Below are positions 62,503-64,000 of a stretch of 64,000 bases of DNA, piece after piece. The stretch comes from Bacteroidaceae bacterium. GTDB taxonomy: Bacteria; Bacteroidota; Bacteroidia; Bacteroidales; Bacteroidaceae. The notes below the pieces were generated by a model that saw nothing but the letters and a program-made list of their open reading frames with translations, searched no databases and was not told where the DNA came from. Position 1 is the first letter of the stretch. The number at the start of each line of letters is the position of its first letter. Location: the NCBI GenBank assembly GCA_050946375.1, contig JBMNUT010000005.1:7522-71521 (forward strand), written 5' to 3'. The position numbers and the translations under genes were made by a program.

Positions 62503-62563
62503 GTTGCGGTACTTTTCCGCAAAAGTGGCAAGGCTTTCGGATGAAAGTGCCGGGACTTTCCGG
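62503..62563. repeat. Three units between the GtrA stop and the GT4 start
   Basis: GTTGCGGTACTTTTCCGC / AAAAGTGGCAAGGCTTTCGG / ATGAAAGTGCCGGGACTTTCCGG. Confidence 0.6.
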
Positions 62564-62570
62564 ACGCAGG

Positions 62571-63005
62571 CTATCGGCTTATGTGGAAAAGCAGGTATTT
62601 GCGTGCCAGGAAGTTGTAGAGGTACACGATGGCTGCGGTGATGATTTTCGACAGCGTATAGTGGAGTCCTACGGTTTCGGTGATGAACTTCAGGAGCAGC
62701 GTGTTGAGCGCGAGCCCGACAACCCCGATGAGTGCGAAGATAAGGAACTCGATGCCTTTCTGCTTGACGCGCGACTGGCTGAATACCCACGCCTTGCTTA
62801 TGAAGTAGTTCACCAGCAGCCCCGCGATGAAAGATATGGTGGCCGAGACCAGATAGTGCAGTCCGCACAGCTCGGTGAGGCCCACCAGCAGCAGGAAGTC
62901 TACGGCAAACGCAGCTCCTCCCACAAAGGTGTAGCGGAAAAGCTGTATGAAAATGTTGTCGGTGGACTCCAGCAGCGACTTCTTCAGCACGTCTTTTGTC
63001 TTCAT
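62571..63005 (-). CDS. GtrA family membrane protein
   Basis: 144 aa, four TM helices; IQLFRYTFVGGAAFAVDF...VNYFISKAWVF is typical of GtrA. Confidence 0.8.
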   Translation of the reverse strand: MKTKDVLKKSLLESTDNIFIQLFRYTFVGGAAFAVDFLLLVGLTELCGLHYLVSATISFIAGLLVNYFISKAWVFSQSRVKQKGIEFLIFALIGVVGLALNTLLLKFITETVGLHYTLSKIITAAIVYLYNFLARKYLLFHISR

Positions 63006-63042
63006 GCCCTTATGCGTTTTTCTCCGTCGGTTGCGGCGTCCG

Positions 63043-64000
63043 TCATTGTTCGTACTTCATGCCCAACATTTCCGCGGCTTTCTTCCGGTCGAATTGGAGC
63101 AGGTAGGTGTCGGGGAAGGTGAGCTGCACGACGGGATAGAAGAGGTGGGGATTCTTCTGAATGGCGGGGTACAGGTAGAGCGGCGTGGAGGAAAATCCCA
63201 GTTGGTCGAGCACTACGTAGTCGGCCTTGCTCTTGACCATCTCGCGCAGCACGGCCTTGTCGTCCGAAGAGTAGAGGTATCCTTTGGCGCGCGTGCGGGC
63301 ATAGAGGTAGAAGAGCTGCGGCTTGCGGCAGATGACTACGGTGCTTTCCGGCACACTGACCCGCGTCATTTGGGCAATCTCGATGTAGTTCTTGTAATTG
63401 GGCGGCAGCGGTTGCGCGTTTACCTTGGCGAGGTAGGCCACGGGCCCCTTGCAGAAGAGGAGCAACAGGATGAGCGGCCAGGGAGAGAGGCTGGAGGTAA
63501 ACTTCTTTTGCCACAGCCAGTTGAGCAAGGCATACAGCCCGACGAGCTGTCCCATGGTAAGGAACGGGAGAAGGGCGGTGATGTATCGGTTGCCGGACGG
63601 GGTACTAAAGAGCGCAATCACCCCGAAAGTGCAGACAAGGTAGCTGATGAGCAGCCAACGGAGCTGCCTGAACTGCCAGAAGCCATAGATGATGAGCGCC
63701 AGACTCACGAGGCCGATAATCCAAAGCCCGGCGGTTTGCGGCTGTTGGCTGTAGTCGCCGGCCAGTTGCAGGTAGGGAGTGTTCGGATCGATAGGCCCGT
63801 CGAACGAGCCGACGAGGGAGAATGGCAAATTGGGGATGATGGAATTGGGCAAAGCCTGCGAGATCAGCATGCCCAGCGTGTCGAAAAATCGGGAAACTAT
63901 GCCGCCAAAGTCGAGCGAGCCATCCTCCGGCCGGAAAGGGTTGGCCTGAGATATGGTCTCGAAGTAGCGGTTTTGGGCCAAACCCATAGCCTTGTTGCGC
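63043..64000 (-). CDS. Polytopic membrane protein, possibly an ArnT/PMT-like (GT39/GT83) glycosyltransferase; 5' end outside the window
   Basis: The frame is open from 63043 to the window edge (RNKA precedes the ATG at 63987). Several TM helices are followed by a soluble C-terminal part. The call rests mainly on context (GtrA + GTs) and topology, so it is weak. Confidence 0.4.
   Translation of the reverse strand, partial: RNKAMGLAQNRYFETISQANPFRPEDGSLDFGGIVSRFFDTLGMLISQALPNSIIPNLPFSLVGSFDGPIDPNTPYLQLAGDYSQQPQTAGLWIIGLVSLALIIYGFWQFRQLRWLLISYLVCTFGVIALFSTPSGNRYITALLPFLTMGQLVGLYALLNWLWQKKFTSSLSPWPLILLLLFCKGPVAYLAKVNAQPLPPNYKNYIEIAQMTRVSVPESTVVICRKPQLFYLYARTRAKGYLYSSDDKAVLREMVKSKADYVVLDQLGFSSTPLYLYPAIQKNPHLFYPVVQLTFPDTYLLQFDRKKAAEMLGMKYEQ

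Overview
This 64-kb window reads as a Bacteroidales (Bacteroidota) chromosome with GC in the mid-50s % by eye. Supporting signs are two SusC/SusD pairs, many lipoprotein signal peptides, two T9SS C-terminal sorting domains, a frdCAB fumarate-reductase operon, and TAnnTTTG -7 boxes 9-40 nt upstream of several start codons. I call 35 protein-coding genes. They include housekeeping genes (frdCAB, waaA, gltX, ettA, pepP-like, lptD-like, mscS) and a 17.5-kb seven-gene operon made only of fasciclin (FAS1)-repeat lipoproteins and SusC/SusD pairs. There are also scattered glycan genes (GH115, GH2-like, a partial jelly-roll glycosidase), a periplasmic-binding-protein-type hybrid two-component regulator, and two T9SS cargo proteins (S8 protease, BspA-type LRR protein). 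A GT2/GT4/GtrA/ArnT-like glycosylation operon is cut by the window end. I see no rRNA, tRNA, CRISPR array, transposase, integrase or obvious defence/toxin gene. Many ORF-track entries are antisense shadow ORFs of the real genes. The most unusual content is non-coding. Almost every intergenic gap carries phased (about 21-23 bp) degenerate palindromic units built on GGAAA(A)GTGCC / TTCCGGAA cores, and some of these merge into real terminators. There is also a 1.1-kb structured non-coding stretch ahead of the FAS1/SusCD operon and a decayed tandem duplication of the mscS 3' end. All family assignments come from motif recognition by eye; no database search was possible.
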